A stretch of DNA of 63,720 bases, filler included, from Thraustochytrium aureum (Eukaryota): the NCBI GenBank assembly GCA_012862495.1. It is 4 parts of 3 records of this genome, joined end to end, with 100 filler letters (N's around TTAATTAATTAA, not from the genome) between each part and the next. Parts side by side here need not be neighbours in the genome. Positions count along the whole stretch, not along the records: positions 27,925 to 59,847 come from BLSG01000403.1; positions 59,948 to 62,223 come from BLSG01000407.1; positions 62,324 to 63,720 come from BLSG01000407.1; 1 more part is not named here. One strand, written 5' to 3'. Below are positions 52,511-63,720 of this stretch, piece by piece. Within the stretch, counting starts at the first letter, position 1; every line of letters begins with the position of its first letter. The notes beneath the pieces were generated by a model that searched no databases, was not told the DNA's origin, and worked only from the letters and a program-made list of their open reading frames with translations. The translations under genes were made by a program, and so were the position numbers.

Positions 52511-55500
52511 TCAGCTACTTACCGCTGCTCCGCCACCGCATCGAAGAGCGACCTGAGGTAGGACAAGTCGAGGTCGCTGGGGAGTCGCGGCTCGACAGCC
52601 CTCGGGTTCCGGGATGGTAGTCCCGTCCCCGAGACCCCACGCCGAGCAATAGCTAGCAAACACCGGGACTTCGTCCTGCCGAGCGCGCGCAGCACTCATC
52701 ACAGAAAGCCAGACGATGTCTGTGTCACGCCGCGCGATCGCCAGCCAGACCCGAAAGGCTGCCTGCTTCACACACTCATCAGTGCCCGCAGAAAGAGACG
52801 CGCTCGCCCCTCTAGCGAGAAGGGAGAGCTGAGCACGGTCCACTGCGCCGCGACCGAGGCACTCTACCGCAGAGCGTGCGCAATGAAGAATGGCAACAAC
52901 AAGCTCGCGCTTGAATCGCGTCAAACCGCCGTCGTGAACGGCGGCCAACTCCATTCCCGCCGGGGCTGTTGCGACTCTGGCTAGGCGGTGCTCAATAACT
53001 GGCCACGCGATTTCCTTGAAGCGACGCTGCATGAACGCCCCGGAGGCGCGGATGCAGAGCTCGACGAGGCGGATTGTGCACGCGAGCACCGCGTCCGAGG
53101 CCTCAACGCGTAGATTTGCGGCGACGCCCGGCCAGACGTCACTCACCGCCGGCAAGAGGCTCTCGCGGTGGGCCGCAAGGCAGGATACAGCGCGCTCGCT
53201 CGCTTCCAGGGCGACGCGGCGCACCGCTAGCGAAGAGTGGGTCGCAAAGTGCCTTGTGCGCAGGATGACTGCTTTGGCCAACCGCACCTCGAAGGGGAGC
53301 GCCTCGTCCTTTTGCTTGAGCGGCTTGAGGATGTCGTCGATATCCCCATCACCACCACCACCACCACCACCTTCGCTGGCATCCTCGGGCGAGTCGTCAT
53401 CCATGCTGTCGAACTTCATTCTATCGCACTCGTCGATCAAGGCCTGAACAGCGTCATGCGACCACGTTTCAGCCCCGGGCCTATCAGTTTCAGAGACTCC
53501 TGCGTCGTGCTGCTTCCCCGCGTTTCCTTGGCTCGCCTGAAGAAGGGTAAGCGTCCGCTGGAGAACCATGAGCAGACCGTGAGCGAGGCCGGAGGCACCT
53601 TCACCGCTGTGCTGGTCCAGGCTCGCGAGCACAGCCTCCACAATGTCGCACAAGAGCGGCTCAAGTTCTTCGACAAGGCGGCCCTGCGCATCAGATATGA
53701 GCGCAACCATGCCTTGAAGAACTGCCGCGGTGTCTGGGTAAAGCTCGAGGTCGCGCAGTCGGCTGACGACGGCGTCCAAGACATAGTCCATATTGCGCTG
53801 GAGTAGCTCCGTCGCGTCGCAATACCCGCAACACACCGCCATTACTTGCAAGGTAGCTAGCGCGGCTTCTCGTGGAAGTGGCCCCTGGTCGCCCAACGGA
53901 ACCTGAACCAAAACCGGGAAAAGCGTCCGAACAAGCCATCGCCTCGCTGTCGCCTCACTTGGGCACGCTCGAAAGCAAGCAGCTAGGCACTCAAGCCGAA
54001 GCGCCGCTTCGAGAGCACGTCGGGGGCCGTCAAACTCCAAATCCAGGCAGGCATCCAAGCAGAGTTGCGCGCAGTCCAGGTCCATTGCTTCGGGCGCGCG
54101 CGAGGAATCCGGCCCTGCGACAACGTAAGCCGCGACTAGGAGGAGCTCGGGGGCGTCACTCAGCGCCACCCCTCCCGGCTCGCCTAGTACGTCAAGGAGT
54201 TCGCTGAGGAGCCGAAACTTGGCGGAGGACCCCCCAAGCTGCCCGAGGAGGCCCTCAACCATTCCCACAGTCTCCCTCTCGCGGAAAAACTCAAACTCGT
54301 GCGCTGGGAACGCCGCAAGCCCCCGCGTGGGTCCAGATCGGCTCTGCACTTCCATTACGCGAGGCGCTGGAAGAGAGACCAGGCCCGCTGCGTCCCGACC
54401 CCGCGTGAGCCTTACCGTGAGCACGAGATCTTGGATGACGGTGGAAGCTGAGACGTCAAGCACGACCTCAAGGTCAGCTCCCAAAAGGCGAAGCACTCCA
54501 CGACACGACTGAAGGGCATGCCGGAGCGATGCCTCGTTGCCATCTCTAGCACAGCGTGGCAGCGCTCGAAGTTTGGCTGTGGCGAGGTCGTCGAGGGCTG
54601 GGCGAACGCCGCAAGACCAAAGGTCGCCTGGCCACCGGCGAACCTCTTCCAAAGCATTCTCGAGGGCTGCCTCTGCCGTAGCCCGCGTGTCCCGCGTTGG
54701 GCTCATCGAATATGTAACCAAGACATCAAACAACAGAGAAACGAAAGAGCGCCCTTCGCTGGACTCTGCAATTGTGGCGAGGCATCTGCCGACGAGAAGA
54801 GCGGCCAGCGACACAAGGCTCGCCTGGATCGCGTAGCTCTCACTAGATGTAATCGCACGATGCGTAGCGACGGTCCGGAGTGCGCGCAGCACGCGCGGGA
54901 CCGTTTGTTGCGTTGTTGACTGCGCCCGCCCGGAAGACCTCCCGCTCATCGTTTGCAACGTCCCATCAATGTGGCGAAGGAATCGAGTAGACGCAGAAGA
55001 CCGCCCTGCCAGGCCCTCCGACTCGGGCTGCGGCGAGCCTCTTGCTGCCTTGGGCTCGTCCGACCCGGATAGCGTTTCGTTCGGTCTCAGAGCCTGCACC
55101 AAAAGGGCTGACCAGGCGCTCACTGCCGAACTGCGCACCGAGCTCCCAACCTTGTAGTCAGCAAGAATGACGCCCAGGAGCGCCTTCGTCGCACCTGGAA
55201 GGACGCGCTCGATCGCGACGGCGCTTCGCATCCCCACTTGGTTGACTAAGAGTGTTAGCGCTTGCATCGCCGCGATGCGAAGAGCACGAAGGTCTTCGCG
55301 CTCGGCCACGGAAAGCAGCACAAGAACGAGTTGCGCGAAAAGGCCAGCGAGGGCGCCGCCTGCTGTCCCGACTTGGCCCACCATTTCGTCAAACACGCTT
55401 CGCCGCCGACTGGCGACAGGGCCCCGGGCTGGCAAAGGAGACTCGCTGCTGCTGAAGAGCACCAGCAAGACGTGCACAGCGCACAACTTGGTCTCCTCCT

Positions 55501-55999
55501 TCCACGGCGCCGCGGCACTGGCTGAGTCGAGCACCGCAAGGCATGCGTCCGTGGTCTGCAGGAAGATGTCCCCTCGTTGCGTGAAAAACTCGGGCGAGCA
55601 GGCCTGCACAATGGCCCGAAGTGCGACAAACAAGCTCTCCACGTCGACGTCGGCGAGCCCGAGGTCCGCAGCGCTCACGTCCCGCTCATTTGCAGCGCCG
55701 CGCTTGCGCTGGGTCGCGAAGGAAGGGAGCCCTTTGAGCACAGGGATCAAAACATACTCGACGCACCGCTGCGCGCCCTCCCGAGGCAGCGCCAGCAGCG
55801 TCTCGACTAGCTCAGCTGCGGTCTGCCCGACACGCCCCCCAGCCGGCGACGCCGCAGCCGTGGAGGTCCAATGCCCGTCGCGCTTCTCAGCCACGCGGCT
55901 CAATAGCTCGGTGCAGACCGGCCGGAGAAGAGCGAACGACGGATTCGCTTCGAGGCGCTCCTCCTGGCGCTCCTCCCGGCGTCCCTCTCGGCGCGCCAT
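52511..55999 (-). CDS. TTI1: TELO2-interacting protein 1 (HEAT/ARM repeats)
   Basis: FALLRPVC, LPG..KAL, LLQRNMDYVLD, LLPAVSDVWP and SGAFMQRRF match TTI1 blocks. About 1160 aa. Confidence 0.82.
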   Translation of the reverse strand: MARREGRREERQEERLEANPSFALLRPVCTELLSRVAEKRDGHWTSTAAASPAGGRVGQTAAELVETLLALPREGAQRCVEYVLIPVLKGLPSFATQRKRGAANERDVSAADLGLADVDVESLFVALRAIVQACSPEFFTQRGDIFLQTTDACLAVLDSASAAAPWKEETKLCAVHVLLVLFSSSESPLPARGPVASRRRSVFDEMVGQVGTAGGALAGLFAQLVLVLLSVAEREDLRALRIAAMQALTLLVNQVGMRSAVAIERVLPGATKALLGVILADYKVGSSVRSSAVSAWSALLVQALRPNETLSGSDEPKAARGSPQPESEGLAGRSSASTRFLRHIDGTLQTMSGRSSGRAQSTTQQTVPRVLRALRTVATHRAITSSESYAIQASLVSLAALLVGRCLATIAESSEGRSFVSLLFDVLVTYSMSPTRDTRATAEAALENALEEVRRWPGDLWSCGVRPALDDLATAKLRALPRCARDGNEASLRHALQSCRGVLRLLGADLEVVLDVSASTVIQDLVLTVRLTRGRDAAGLVSLPAPRVMEVQSRSGPTRGLAAFPAHEFEFFRERETVGMVEGLLGQLGGSSAKFRLLSELLDVLGEPGGVALSDAPELLLVAAYVVAGPDSSRAPEAMDLDCAQLCLDACLDLEFDGPRRALEAALRLECLAACFRACPSEATARRWLVRTLFPVLVQVPLGDQGPLPREAALATLQVMAVCCGYCDATELLQRNMDYVLDAVVSRLRDLELYPDTAAVLQGMVALISDAQGRLVEELEPLLCDIVEAVLASLDQHSGEGASGLAHGLLMVLQRTLTLLQASQGNAGKQHDAGVSETDRPGAETWSHDAVQALIDECDRMKFDSMDDDSPEDASEGGGGGGGDGDIDDILKPLKQKDEALPFEVRLAKAVILRTRHFATHSSLAVRRVALEASERAVSCLAAHRESLLPAVSDVWPGVAANLRVEASDAVLACTIRLVELCIRASGAFMQRRFKEIAWPVIEHRLARVATAPAGMELAAVHDGGLTRFKRELVVAILHCARSAVECLGRGAVDRAQLSLLARGASASLSAGTDECVKQAAFRVWLAIARRDTDIVWLSVMSAARARQDEVPVFASYCSAWGLGDGTTIPEPEGCRAATPQRPRLVLPQVALRCGGGAAVSS

Positions 56000-56302
56000 C
56001 GCGACAAGGACAGGGCCGCCCTCGAGGCCGCTGCGAGTCCCTCTTTTGCTGCGTCTCACACAATGCAAAAACGACGACACCGACCCAGGCGCCCAGACTC
56101 CAACGACAGCGACAGAACTTCCAACTACGAAGACGCCAATCCGATCGATCGGCAAGCACACTGGCAGGCAGGCGCTTGTTTGTTCTTCAGAAAGGAGGCT
56201 CGCTCGGTCAGGTACTACTACTCTAGCTACTCCTGCCTACTCTACCCACGCCCGTGGGCTTCTTCAAGGGATGGATGGATATTCGTCGCGCTGCGGCGTG
56301 GT

Positions 56303-57546
56303 TCACAGCATGGGCGACGTTGACAACTCGACGGCCTCCGCGGACTGCATCTTCAGGGCCTCCTTGAGCGAACCCACAGCGCCCAGGCTTCGGGCCACTG
56401 GCGACGGGACCCCACGCCAGAGCGGTATTTGGCTCTGGTGGTTGCGCGGCACGTTTTCGCAGTTCGACACATTGGTGGTTCTGGTGTCCAATAGCGCGTG
56501 TTTCCCGTCTGCTGCAGGGCGCATGCCGCCAACGCAGCCCAGCGCAGGCCAGCGGACACTTGCGTTGCCATTGTCGTCCGCGAGTTCAACGTGTTGCGCA
56601 CGCTTGAGCTCGTTTGCGTCCACACCCCAGTCGTGGCCAAAGCCGTCGTCGAAATCGTTCCCGTCCCACTCGATGCCAATTTGCGGTTCGTCGCTGCTGG
56701 CTGCGCGCTGCTTCCGTCCGAGTCGTAAATGGGAATCACGGTTATGCACTCGCTGAACGCAAGCTTCTTGTTACGCCGACGGCTTGGGGTGCGGGCGGCG
56801 CTATGTAAGATGGACTGAGGCTCCTCGGCAGAATCGCCTTGCTCGTCGTCCACAACAGTCACCTCGATACCGCAATCCTGCAAAAGGCCCACCAAGCCCT
56901 GGCTGTCCGCTGTGCCTGCAGCGCCACAAGCCGACTCGGCTGGAGCAAGGACCTCGTCACGTTCGCTTGGAGGTGATTGCATGGCATCAAAGTCGGTCTG
57001 CGTTGCTGAATTGCTGTGCGTGAGTGCCTTTCGCGACATTGCCTCCTCTTCCAGCAGGAGGAGTGAAGCGCTGAGGGTCCAGCGAAGCTCGCCAAGCTGA
57101 TTCTCGTCAAAGAGCGACAACTGACTGGTTATAGCGTGCAAGAGAACAATCCTTGCGGCTTGGAACACCTTGGCCTGTGCCCAAGCCACTGCCTTGTCCG
57201 TGGCACCAAAAACTACGGCAGCCCATGCATCGGGGCCTGCATCCCGACCTCGAGCCAATTGAACAGTTGTGCATATGGCGTGCATCGCTTCAAGCGGGGC
57301 GAGCCGCGGGGCGAGGCCCACGAGGAATCGAGATAGCCCAGCGCTTGACCAGTACCGCACGAACTGCGCTGTCGTGCTTGCATCCTGCCTCTGGCGCCGG
57401 AGGCACTTGAACGTCTTGTACGCCGCGCTAGCGTACGAGATAGCGCTCAGGCCCCAGGCAAGCCTCACCGAGGTGCTCGCAGTCGACCTTTGCGGCCGCA
57501 CGTGGACACCGCGACGGCCGTCCACAAGCGCGAGGTCTGGGGCCAT
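56303..57546 (-). CDS. Hypothetical protein with weak TB2/DP1/HVA22-like N-terminus; probable frameshift at about 56703
   Basis: AAYKTFKCL...QFVRYW resembles the REEP/HVA22 motif. The acidic tail continues in the 56303-56749 frame. Confidence 0.45.
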
Positions 57547-58360
57547 CTCGAGCCGCAGGAGGACACCGCAGGTGGTCGAGCTCTGTCGAAAACCTCACGT
57601 GGGCGCTCGAGGCCCTGCGCTCAGACCGCCACTTGCTGCTGCCGAAGGGCTCGTTCGAGGTGGGCCTGCTTGAGCCCGTGCTCCGCCCGCTGTGTGGGGA
57701 CGGATTGGGGACATCCATTGAGCGCCGAGCAAGTGCGCTCGAAGAGCAACCCCTTTTCCTGGCGATCTCAATTTCAAGACATGGCAAAACCGCGATCGAC
57801 CTACCCCATCCATCCAATCGCAAAAACGGGTCACTCCTGCCGTCACCATCATCTGTACCAGAGCGCCGGATCCAGAGTGCGGCGCTGGCGAAGCTAGTCA
57901 TCAACCGCCAGCGCAATGCGAGCGCATCACGTTGCGGTTGTGCGGAGTTGGGGAAAACAGCCGTCTGGTTCTTCAAGTCTACTTTTGCCCGCGTTCGGCT
58001 ATCGCCCATGAGCGCTCGGCCACCAAAGAAAACTCTACTACTCTGGGCCTCGAGTACACGGGCAACAAGTAGGCTTTTGATTTCTGTGAGTGGTATTGTC
58101 ACCAACCGTGGTTCGAAAGCTTAGGCTACATACTTTTCTTCCCCTGCTTCGCCGGCACACGTTCCCTGCATTCACCGGATCGTGAAGTCCTCCACCATCT
58201 CCAAACTCGTGGTTGTGGACCCGGATCCCACTGGCACGAGACCGATCTGGAACTTATTCAGCGAGTGGATTCTGTCGCGGCCAGGGAGGAGTGCCCCGCT
58301 TCAGAGGCCGTTGCTTTGTTTCTCGTTCTCACCTTTTTCCTGAACAGCGTTTTTATCAAT

Positions 58361-59847
58361 CTACATAAGGACGCATGCCGAGCTCTTTGAAGCGTCCCGC
58401 GCCCCGCCCTCGCCCTTGCGCATCTCGATCGTGCCCTCGAGCAGCTTTGCCTTGGCCTCGAGGTCCTTGAGCGTCGAGTCCTTCTCAGCAAGCGCACGCT
58501 TCGCTTCGGCTAGCTCGCGCTCGAGGTCCAGCCGCGCTTGGGTCGCCTGGGCTGACTCTGCCTTGACCCGGTCCAGCTCAGAGCGCGCGGCAATGAGCTC
58601 CTGGCCGATAGCCTCTTTCTCGAAAGCGAGCGACTCGTTCGCTTTGGTGATTTCCTCCACCTTGCTCTCCGCGCCTGCAGCGCCGGGAGCGATCTTGACG
58701 CGGTTCGCAACCCTTTTCTTCTTCTTCTTGCGCTTCGTAGGGGACGCCGCCTTGCTTTCCGCGGCAACGCTCTCGTCAGCCTTACCCTCACGGCTCTGAT
58801 CGTCCGCCACGCTTGCTGATTCGCCCAGCTCGTGCCCCTTCGCTTCGTTCTCAGCCTCCTGGTCGTCTTCAGAGTCGTCCTCGTTGTCGTTTGCACCGGA
58901 ACCCTCCGGTCCAAGATCATGCACTGTCGGGCCCCGGACTCCATCGCGATTCTTGAGAACGCCCCCAGGAGACGACTTGCCCTCTGAAGGCCCCGACGGT
59001 TGTGGCGGTGGCGAACCCCAGACTTGGAACTCGAGTGGCTCCTTCTCAATGTACTGCAAAAAGTCCTTCGAGACCACGATAGAAAAGCGGTCGACGTGGT
59101 CAAAGCGCGGGTTTATGGTCGTGGACGAGCTTGATGGCGTCCTGTGCGTCTCAGAGAAGAACTTGTAGCTTACTGCAACCTCGTGCGACAGCTGGCGAGG
59201 CAAACCCTTGGCAGATTTGATGCGAACCGCGATTTTGAGTTGCTCGCCAAGCGCATCCGCTAGCGTCCGCTCCTCCTCCGTTTCAACAGATTCAAAAGCT
59301 TCGATCTGCTCCTCGTCCAGCGCGATCGAGACCTCCAGAGCACCATCGGTCTTGCCCTGGAACTGGATGATTGGCGGCACGTCCTCAATGTTAATGAAGA
59401 AACCAAGAGGCGCGAGCATGATGTACGCCTTGCCGATGAGCTGCTCTTGGACAGGGTCGAAGAAGGGGTCGTACTCTTGGCCGTAGATGCCCTCTACTTC
59501 TTGCATGTTGCGGCCCGACTCCACAAAGTCTTCGTACATCTCGCGCATGAGGTACAAGCGATTTACGAACTTGTCGTGGTCCCACAAGTTGGGTACCTCG
59601 GACCCGCCAACCTCCACCTTGACCCACACGCTCGTCTCCAGCTTGCTAGCGATGGCGTCCTCGTCGTCGAGGTCGATCGCGGCCAAGTCCGCGTCGGCCC
59701 CAGAGCGCTGCGTAGCGACGAGCTGGATGGAAAACGTCATGTTCTTGCCAAGCTCCTCCGATATCGCGTTAGCTTCCGAGATCATCGGAAGCGTCCGCAG
59801 GACCTGCTCGTCGAGGAGAGCGCGCTTGCGCCTCTCGCGCTCTTTGT
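58361..59847 (-). CDS. Kinesin-3 family (KIF28/KLP6-like) stalk/tail with C2-like domain and CaaX, 5'-partial
   Basis: EANAISEELGK, WDHDKFVNRLYLMREMY, DPFFDP...LIGKA, NPRFDH...LEFQVWG. Ends in CVLM. The motor domain is not in this window. Confidence 0.8.
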
Positions 59848-59891
59848 NNNNNNNNNNNNNNNNNNNNNNNNNNNNNNNNNNNNNNNNNNNN

Positions 59892-59903
59892 TTAATTAAT
59901 TAA
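59892..59903. other. Artificial scaffold linker
   Basis: TTAATTAATTAA within Ns. Confidence 0.97.
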
Positions 59904-59947
59904 NNNNNNNNNNNNNNNNNNNNNNNNNNNNNNNNNNNNNNNNNNNN

Positions 59948-61624
59948 CTGCAAGAGTGGCTCAAACGCAAGAAGACTTGCCCAACGTGCCAGAATGAGCT
60001 GGACAAGGCTGGCACCAGCTCGGTGCCCTACCTCAAGCACGGAAGCCCGCTCGCATGGCGCGTGCTCTCGCGCGTGAGGATCAAGTGCCCGCTCGGAGCG
60101 CGGTGCTCGTGGATGGGCGACTACTCGGAGCTCCAGGGCCACCTCATGTCCTCCACCGAGCACGCGGACGCCGCGCCGCAGAACTCGCGCGAAACCGCGC
60201 TCGCGCTCAAAGAGCAGGCCAACGAAAAGTACCTGGCGCGCAACTTTAAGGACGCGGTGCGGCTGTACACCAAGGCCATCTCGATGTGCGACGACATCCC
60301 GGCGCTGTTCGCCAACCGCGGCGCGGTCTTCCTCACTCTCGGCAACCACGAACTGGCACTGGCCGACTGCGAGCGAGCCGTGGCGCTTGATCCTGCCTTC
60401 ACCAAGGCCTGGGTGCGCGGCGCCAAGGCGCTGATCAACCTGGGCCGCTTCGCCGAAGCCGGCGCGCTGCTAGAGCGCTGCCAGAGTCCCGAGTGCCGCG
60501 CCGACCCGACGGTCGGGTCAACGGAGCGCAAGGCCAGGACCTTGCAAGCCGAGTTCGCCAAGGCCGCCTCCGCGATAAGCGCCGGCGACTACGTAGCTGC
60601 GCGGAACGCGACGACGACGCTGCTGGCGCACTCGGCCGCGCCCCCTGTGCTCACCTTGGCAGCCCGGGCCGAGGCCGAGGCTGGGAGCTGCGAGCGCGCG
60701 CTCAAGCTCACGCTGCAGGCCCTGCGCGCGGCCGGGCAGAGCGACCCAGCCGCTTTCGTGGTCCGCGCCTTGGCCATGCTCTACTCGGGCGAGGTGGACG
60801 ACGCGATCAAGTACGTCAAAGAGGCGCTGCGCCTTGCCCCCGACGACCGCGGAGCGATGGCCGCCTTCAAGCGCGCCAAGATGGTGCGCAACGGACTCTC
60901 CGCCGCGCGCGCAGCGGCCAGCGAAAAGGACCATCACAAGGCTGTCGAGATCATCTCTGAACTCTTGCGCGCGGCCGACACGGACGAGCTCGCGCTCCCG
61001 CCGCGAGCGCTGCTACGGGCCACGCTGCTGGCGGAGCGCGGGAACAGCCACTTTCGGCTGGCCCAGCACGACCTGGCACTGCGCGACTGCTCGCAAGCCG
61101 TGTACCTTCAGGAAGACAACAAGCGCGCTTGGCTCACCAAGGCGTATGTCCTGCACGCGCAAGGCAGGCACGAGGAGGCACTCAAGGACATGGAAGCTCT
61201 TATGCAGGGCTGGGGCCAAAACGACGCTGTCATCCGCGGCGCCTACGAACAGGCCCAGTTCCAGGTCCGCAAGGCCAAGCGCCCCGACTATTACGCCATC
61301 CTCTCCGTCAAGGATGGCGACGGCGTGGAACCCTCGCCTCGGCCGCTCACCTCGCTCTCCAGCGAGGTGGAGATCAAGTCGGCCTACAAGCGCAAAGCCA
61401 TGCTCTGCCACCCGGACAGGCTGGGCCCCAGCGCCTCGCAAGAGGACCGCCAGCGCGCGGAGGCCGAGTTCAAGCTGGTCGGCGAGGCGCTCGAGGTTTT
61501 GGGGGACTCGTTCAAGCGCAAGCTGTACGACCAAGGCTACGACAAGGAGGCCATCGAGGAGCGCGTGCGGCGCGCGTCCGAGCAGCAGCACGGCCACGGC
61601 CACGGCCACGGCCACGCCCGCTAG
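59948..61624 (+). CDS. RING/zinc finger + TPR + J-domain protein (DNAJC7-like), 5'-partial
   Basis: Open from 59948: [15 protein letters not shown], then [22 protein letters not shown], multiple TPRs, and DYYAIL...[16 protein letters not shown]. Confidence 0.9.
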   Translation: MQEWLKRKKTCPTCQNELDKAGTSSVPYLKHGSPLAWRVLSRVRIKCPLGARCSWMGDYSELQGHLMSSTEHADAAPQNSRETALALKEQANEKYLARNFKDAVRLYTKAISMCDDIPALFANRGAVFLTLGNHELALADCERAVALDPAFTKAWVRGAKALINLGRFAEAGALLERCQSPECRADPTVGSTERKARTLQAEFAKAASAISAGDYVAARNATTTLLAHSAAPPVLTLAARAEAEAGSCERALKLTLQALRAAGQSDPAAFVVRALAMLYSGEVDDAIKYVKEALRLAPDDRGAMAAFKRAKMVRNGLSAARAAASEKDHHKAVEIISELLRAADTDELALPPRALLRATLLAERGNSHFRLAQHDLALRDCSQAVYLQEDNKRAWLTKAYVLHAQGRHEEALKDMEALMQGWGQNDAVIRGAYEQAQFQVRKAKRPDYYAILSVKDGDGVEPSPRPLTSLSSEVEIKSAYKRKAMLCHPDRLGPSASQEDRQRAEAEFKLVGEALEVLGDSFKRKLYDQGYDKEAIEERVRRASEQQHGHGHGHGHAR

Positions 61625-61684
61625 GCCGCCGTCCGGCACGTCGGTAATAGTTTTCAACCCCGAAACAATAGTTTTCCCTGCCAC

Positions 61685-62223
61685 TCAGACCGACAGCGAG
61701 CCCTCGCGAAACGAGGTGCGCCCAATGAGCGCGTTTACCAGTACCGAGTTGCCCTCGCGCGCCATCGCTTGCGCCTCGCGCAGCTTGCTCGCCACATCCT
61801 GGTCCGGCGAGTCGATCACGACCGACTTGCCGCCAAGCCCCTCCGCGCAGACGTCGTAGGCCGAGTAGGAGAGCACCGTCGACACGTCCGAGCCAAACAT
61901 GGGGACCTGCTCGCGCTCGATCTGCGTCCAGCAGGCGTCGTTGCCCACGACCGCGATTACATTGATCCCGTGCCGCTTGAACGTGTCGTACTCGAGGATG
62001 CTGTACCCGGCACTGCCGTCGCCCCAAATCAGCCACACCTGCTTCTCCGGGTGCACGAGAGCCGCGCCAAGGGCGAACCCGCCGCCCACGCCGAGCGTGC
62101 CAAAGGCGCCAGGGTCGAGCCAGGAGAGCGGCCCGCGCGGCCGCAAGATGTACGAGGCCGTCGCGACGAAATCGCCGCCGTCGGCCACCAAGATGCTCTC
62201 GTCCTCCAGCACCTCCTCGATCT
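61685..62223 (-). CDS. ILVBL: ILVBL / 2-hydroxyacyl-CoA lyase 2 (TPP enzyme), 5'-partial
   Basis: ADGGDFVATASY..PRGPLSWLDPGAFGTLGVGGGFALGA and the TPP motif GDGS...GND. Confidence 0.9.
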
Positions 62224-62267
62224 NNNNNNNNNNNNNNNNNNNNNNNNNNNNNNNNNNNNNNNNNNNN

Positions 62268-62279
62268 TTAATTAATTAA
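62268..62279. other. Artificial scaffold linker
   Basis: TTAATTAATTAA within Ns. Confidence 0.97.
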
Positions 62280-62764
62280 NNNNNNNNNNNNNNNNNNNNN
62301 NNNNNNNNNNNNNNNNNNNNNNNGCACACCCGAGCAGAACAGCGCACGACGCGACAGGCGCGACGGCACTCAACACGAAGCAGCAAGCCCCCACGCCCTT
62401 GTCGCGCCCCGGCCGCTCCAAGCCGATTCCATTCCCATCTCCAGCCCGTCCAGCATCGCGCTTCCAATCCATCCACAGACAGCGTCCTTGCCAGCCCGTC
62501 GCGCGTCCACAGCCCGTCGCGCTGTCGCCGGCCGAGCGTCGGGGCGCGCGAAGCCAGGTCCAGGGCGGGTTTCCCTCCGCGTCCCATAACATTCTCGCCC
62601 CACACACAAACGTCCACCCTGTGATTCTACTGGTAAGGGACGCGGATGACCGTTCGCGGCGGGACTCGCGAGGCGCGGCAGACCCCTAACGCGTTAGGGC
62701 GCGCAGCGAGCGAGCGAGCGACAGGTGGACAGGGCGAGGAGGAGGAGGAGGAGGGGCGCGTGCG

Positions 62765-63720
62765 ATGGACTCGACGGACGCGCCACAGCTGATCGAGCAT
62801 GTGAATGCGAGCGTGGCGTACACGCCGTACGAGGTGCGGTGGGTGCCCAGCTCGGCTCGGCTCGTGACGCTGGGACTGCGCGCGAACGGGCGCGGCGTGC
62901 TCGAAGTGAACGAACTGGAGGCCGGCAAGCTCAAGCAGGTCGCGCTCTCGGAAAGGCAGCATGGGATCAAGTGTGGGACGTTTGGCGCGTCCACGCTGGA
63001 GGAACGCAATGTCGCGGTGGGCGACTTTGCCGGCAACGTGAGCGTGTTTGACCTCGAGAACGCCGCCGTGCCCGTGTGGGACGTGAAGGGACACGATGCG
63101 CTGGTGAACTGCATCGACGGGTGCGGCGGGCAGAGCCTCGGGTGCGGGGCCCCAGAAATTGTGACTGGCAGCCGGGACGGCACCGTCAAGGTGTGGGACC
63201 CGCGCGTGGAGCGCCCCGTCGTGAGCCTCGAGCCTGCCGGGGACCAGACCGACCCGAACGACCGGCGCGACTGCTGGTCCGTCGCGTTCGGGAACTCGTT
63301 CAACGACGAGGAGCGTGTCGTCGCCGCAGGCTACGACAACGGCGACGTCAAGCTGTTCGACCTGCGCACCAACACTTTGCGCTGGGAGACCAACTGCGCT
63401 AACGGGGTTTGCGGCGTGCAGTTCGACCGGCCAGACATCGAGATGAACAAGCTGGTCGTCACCACCCTAGAGTCCAAGTTTAGGGTCTACGACATGCGCA
63501 CCGAGCACCCGACCGAGGGCTTCGCGCACCTCACGGAGCGTGCGCACAAGTCGACGGTGTGGGGCGTGCGGCACTTGCCGCAGAACCGCGACCTATTTTT
63601 GACGACAGGCGGCAACGGCGGGCTCAACCTGTACAAGTACAGCTACCCAGCGCAGCGGCAAACCAAGGATGCGGAGGGCCGCGCTGTGGGCGTGCCCGGC
63701 AGCGTCGAGCTGCTCAACTC
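62765..63720 (+). CDS. WDR92: WD-repeat protein 92 (DNAAF10/Monad), 3'-partial; absent from the ORF track
   Basis: [13 protein letters not shown]...IKCGTFGAS...[20 protein letters not shown]...[13 protein letters not shown]...HLPQNRDLF. The frame is open to the window end. Confidence 0.95.
   Translation, partial: MDSTDAPQLIEHVNASVAYTPYEVRWVPSSARLVTLGLRANGRGVLEVNELEAGKLKQVALSERQHGIKCGTFGASTLEERNVAVGDFAGNVSVFDLENAAVPVWDVKGHDALVNCIDGCGGQSLGCGAPEIVTGSRDGTVKVWDPRVERPVVSLEPAGDQTDPNDRRDCWSVAFGNSFNDEERVVAAGYDNGDVKLFDLRTNTLRWETNCANGVCGVQFDRPDIEMNKLVVTTLESKFRVYDMRTEHPTEGFAHLTERAHKSTVWGVRHLPQNRDLFLTTGGNGGLNLYKYSYPAQRQTKDAEGRAVGVPGSVELLN

Noticed and set aside
57428..58105. 225-aa ORF upstream of the 56303-57546 gene
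   Set aside because: It has a non-ATG start, no motif and overlapping ORFs of similar size, so it cannot be supported.

Overview
GC-rich, gene-dense eukaryotic draft sequence with short GT-AG introns. The gene content (WDR92, kinesin-3, AP2, MscL, SYP7-type SNARE) suggests a flagellated protist, plausibly a stramenopile such as a thraustochytrid; this is inference only. The window is four scaffolds joined by artificial TTAATTAATTAA linkers, with several N gaps. About 31 protein genes and one tRNA-Leu(UAA) are supportable. They include F-box/LRR, BAG+HSP20-like, DnaJ, galectin-RRM, RNI-type LRR, MSH4 (3 introns reconstructed), SDR, RPS17, TPR, thioesterase, PX-START, bHLH, MSH2, FKBP, MFSD13A, AP2, cNMP-binding, syntaxin, GPN1, JMJD8, BRCA2, ZPR1, MscL, TTI1, a kinesin-3 tail, RING-TPR-J, ILVBL and WDR92. 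About ten genes carry single-base frameshifts in short homopolymers, most likely sequencing errors. The most notable observations are a galectin-RRM fusion, a possible BRCA2-ASCH fusion, an intron-containing MscL with a zinc ribbon, a RING/zinc-finger-DNAJC7 fusion, meiosis markers (MSH4 and a BRCA2 PhePP-like motif) and a phased heat-shock-element array upstream of a BAG-HSP20 gene. No CRISPR array or mobile element was seen. All family calls come from motif recognition by eye; no database searches were run.
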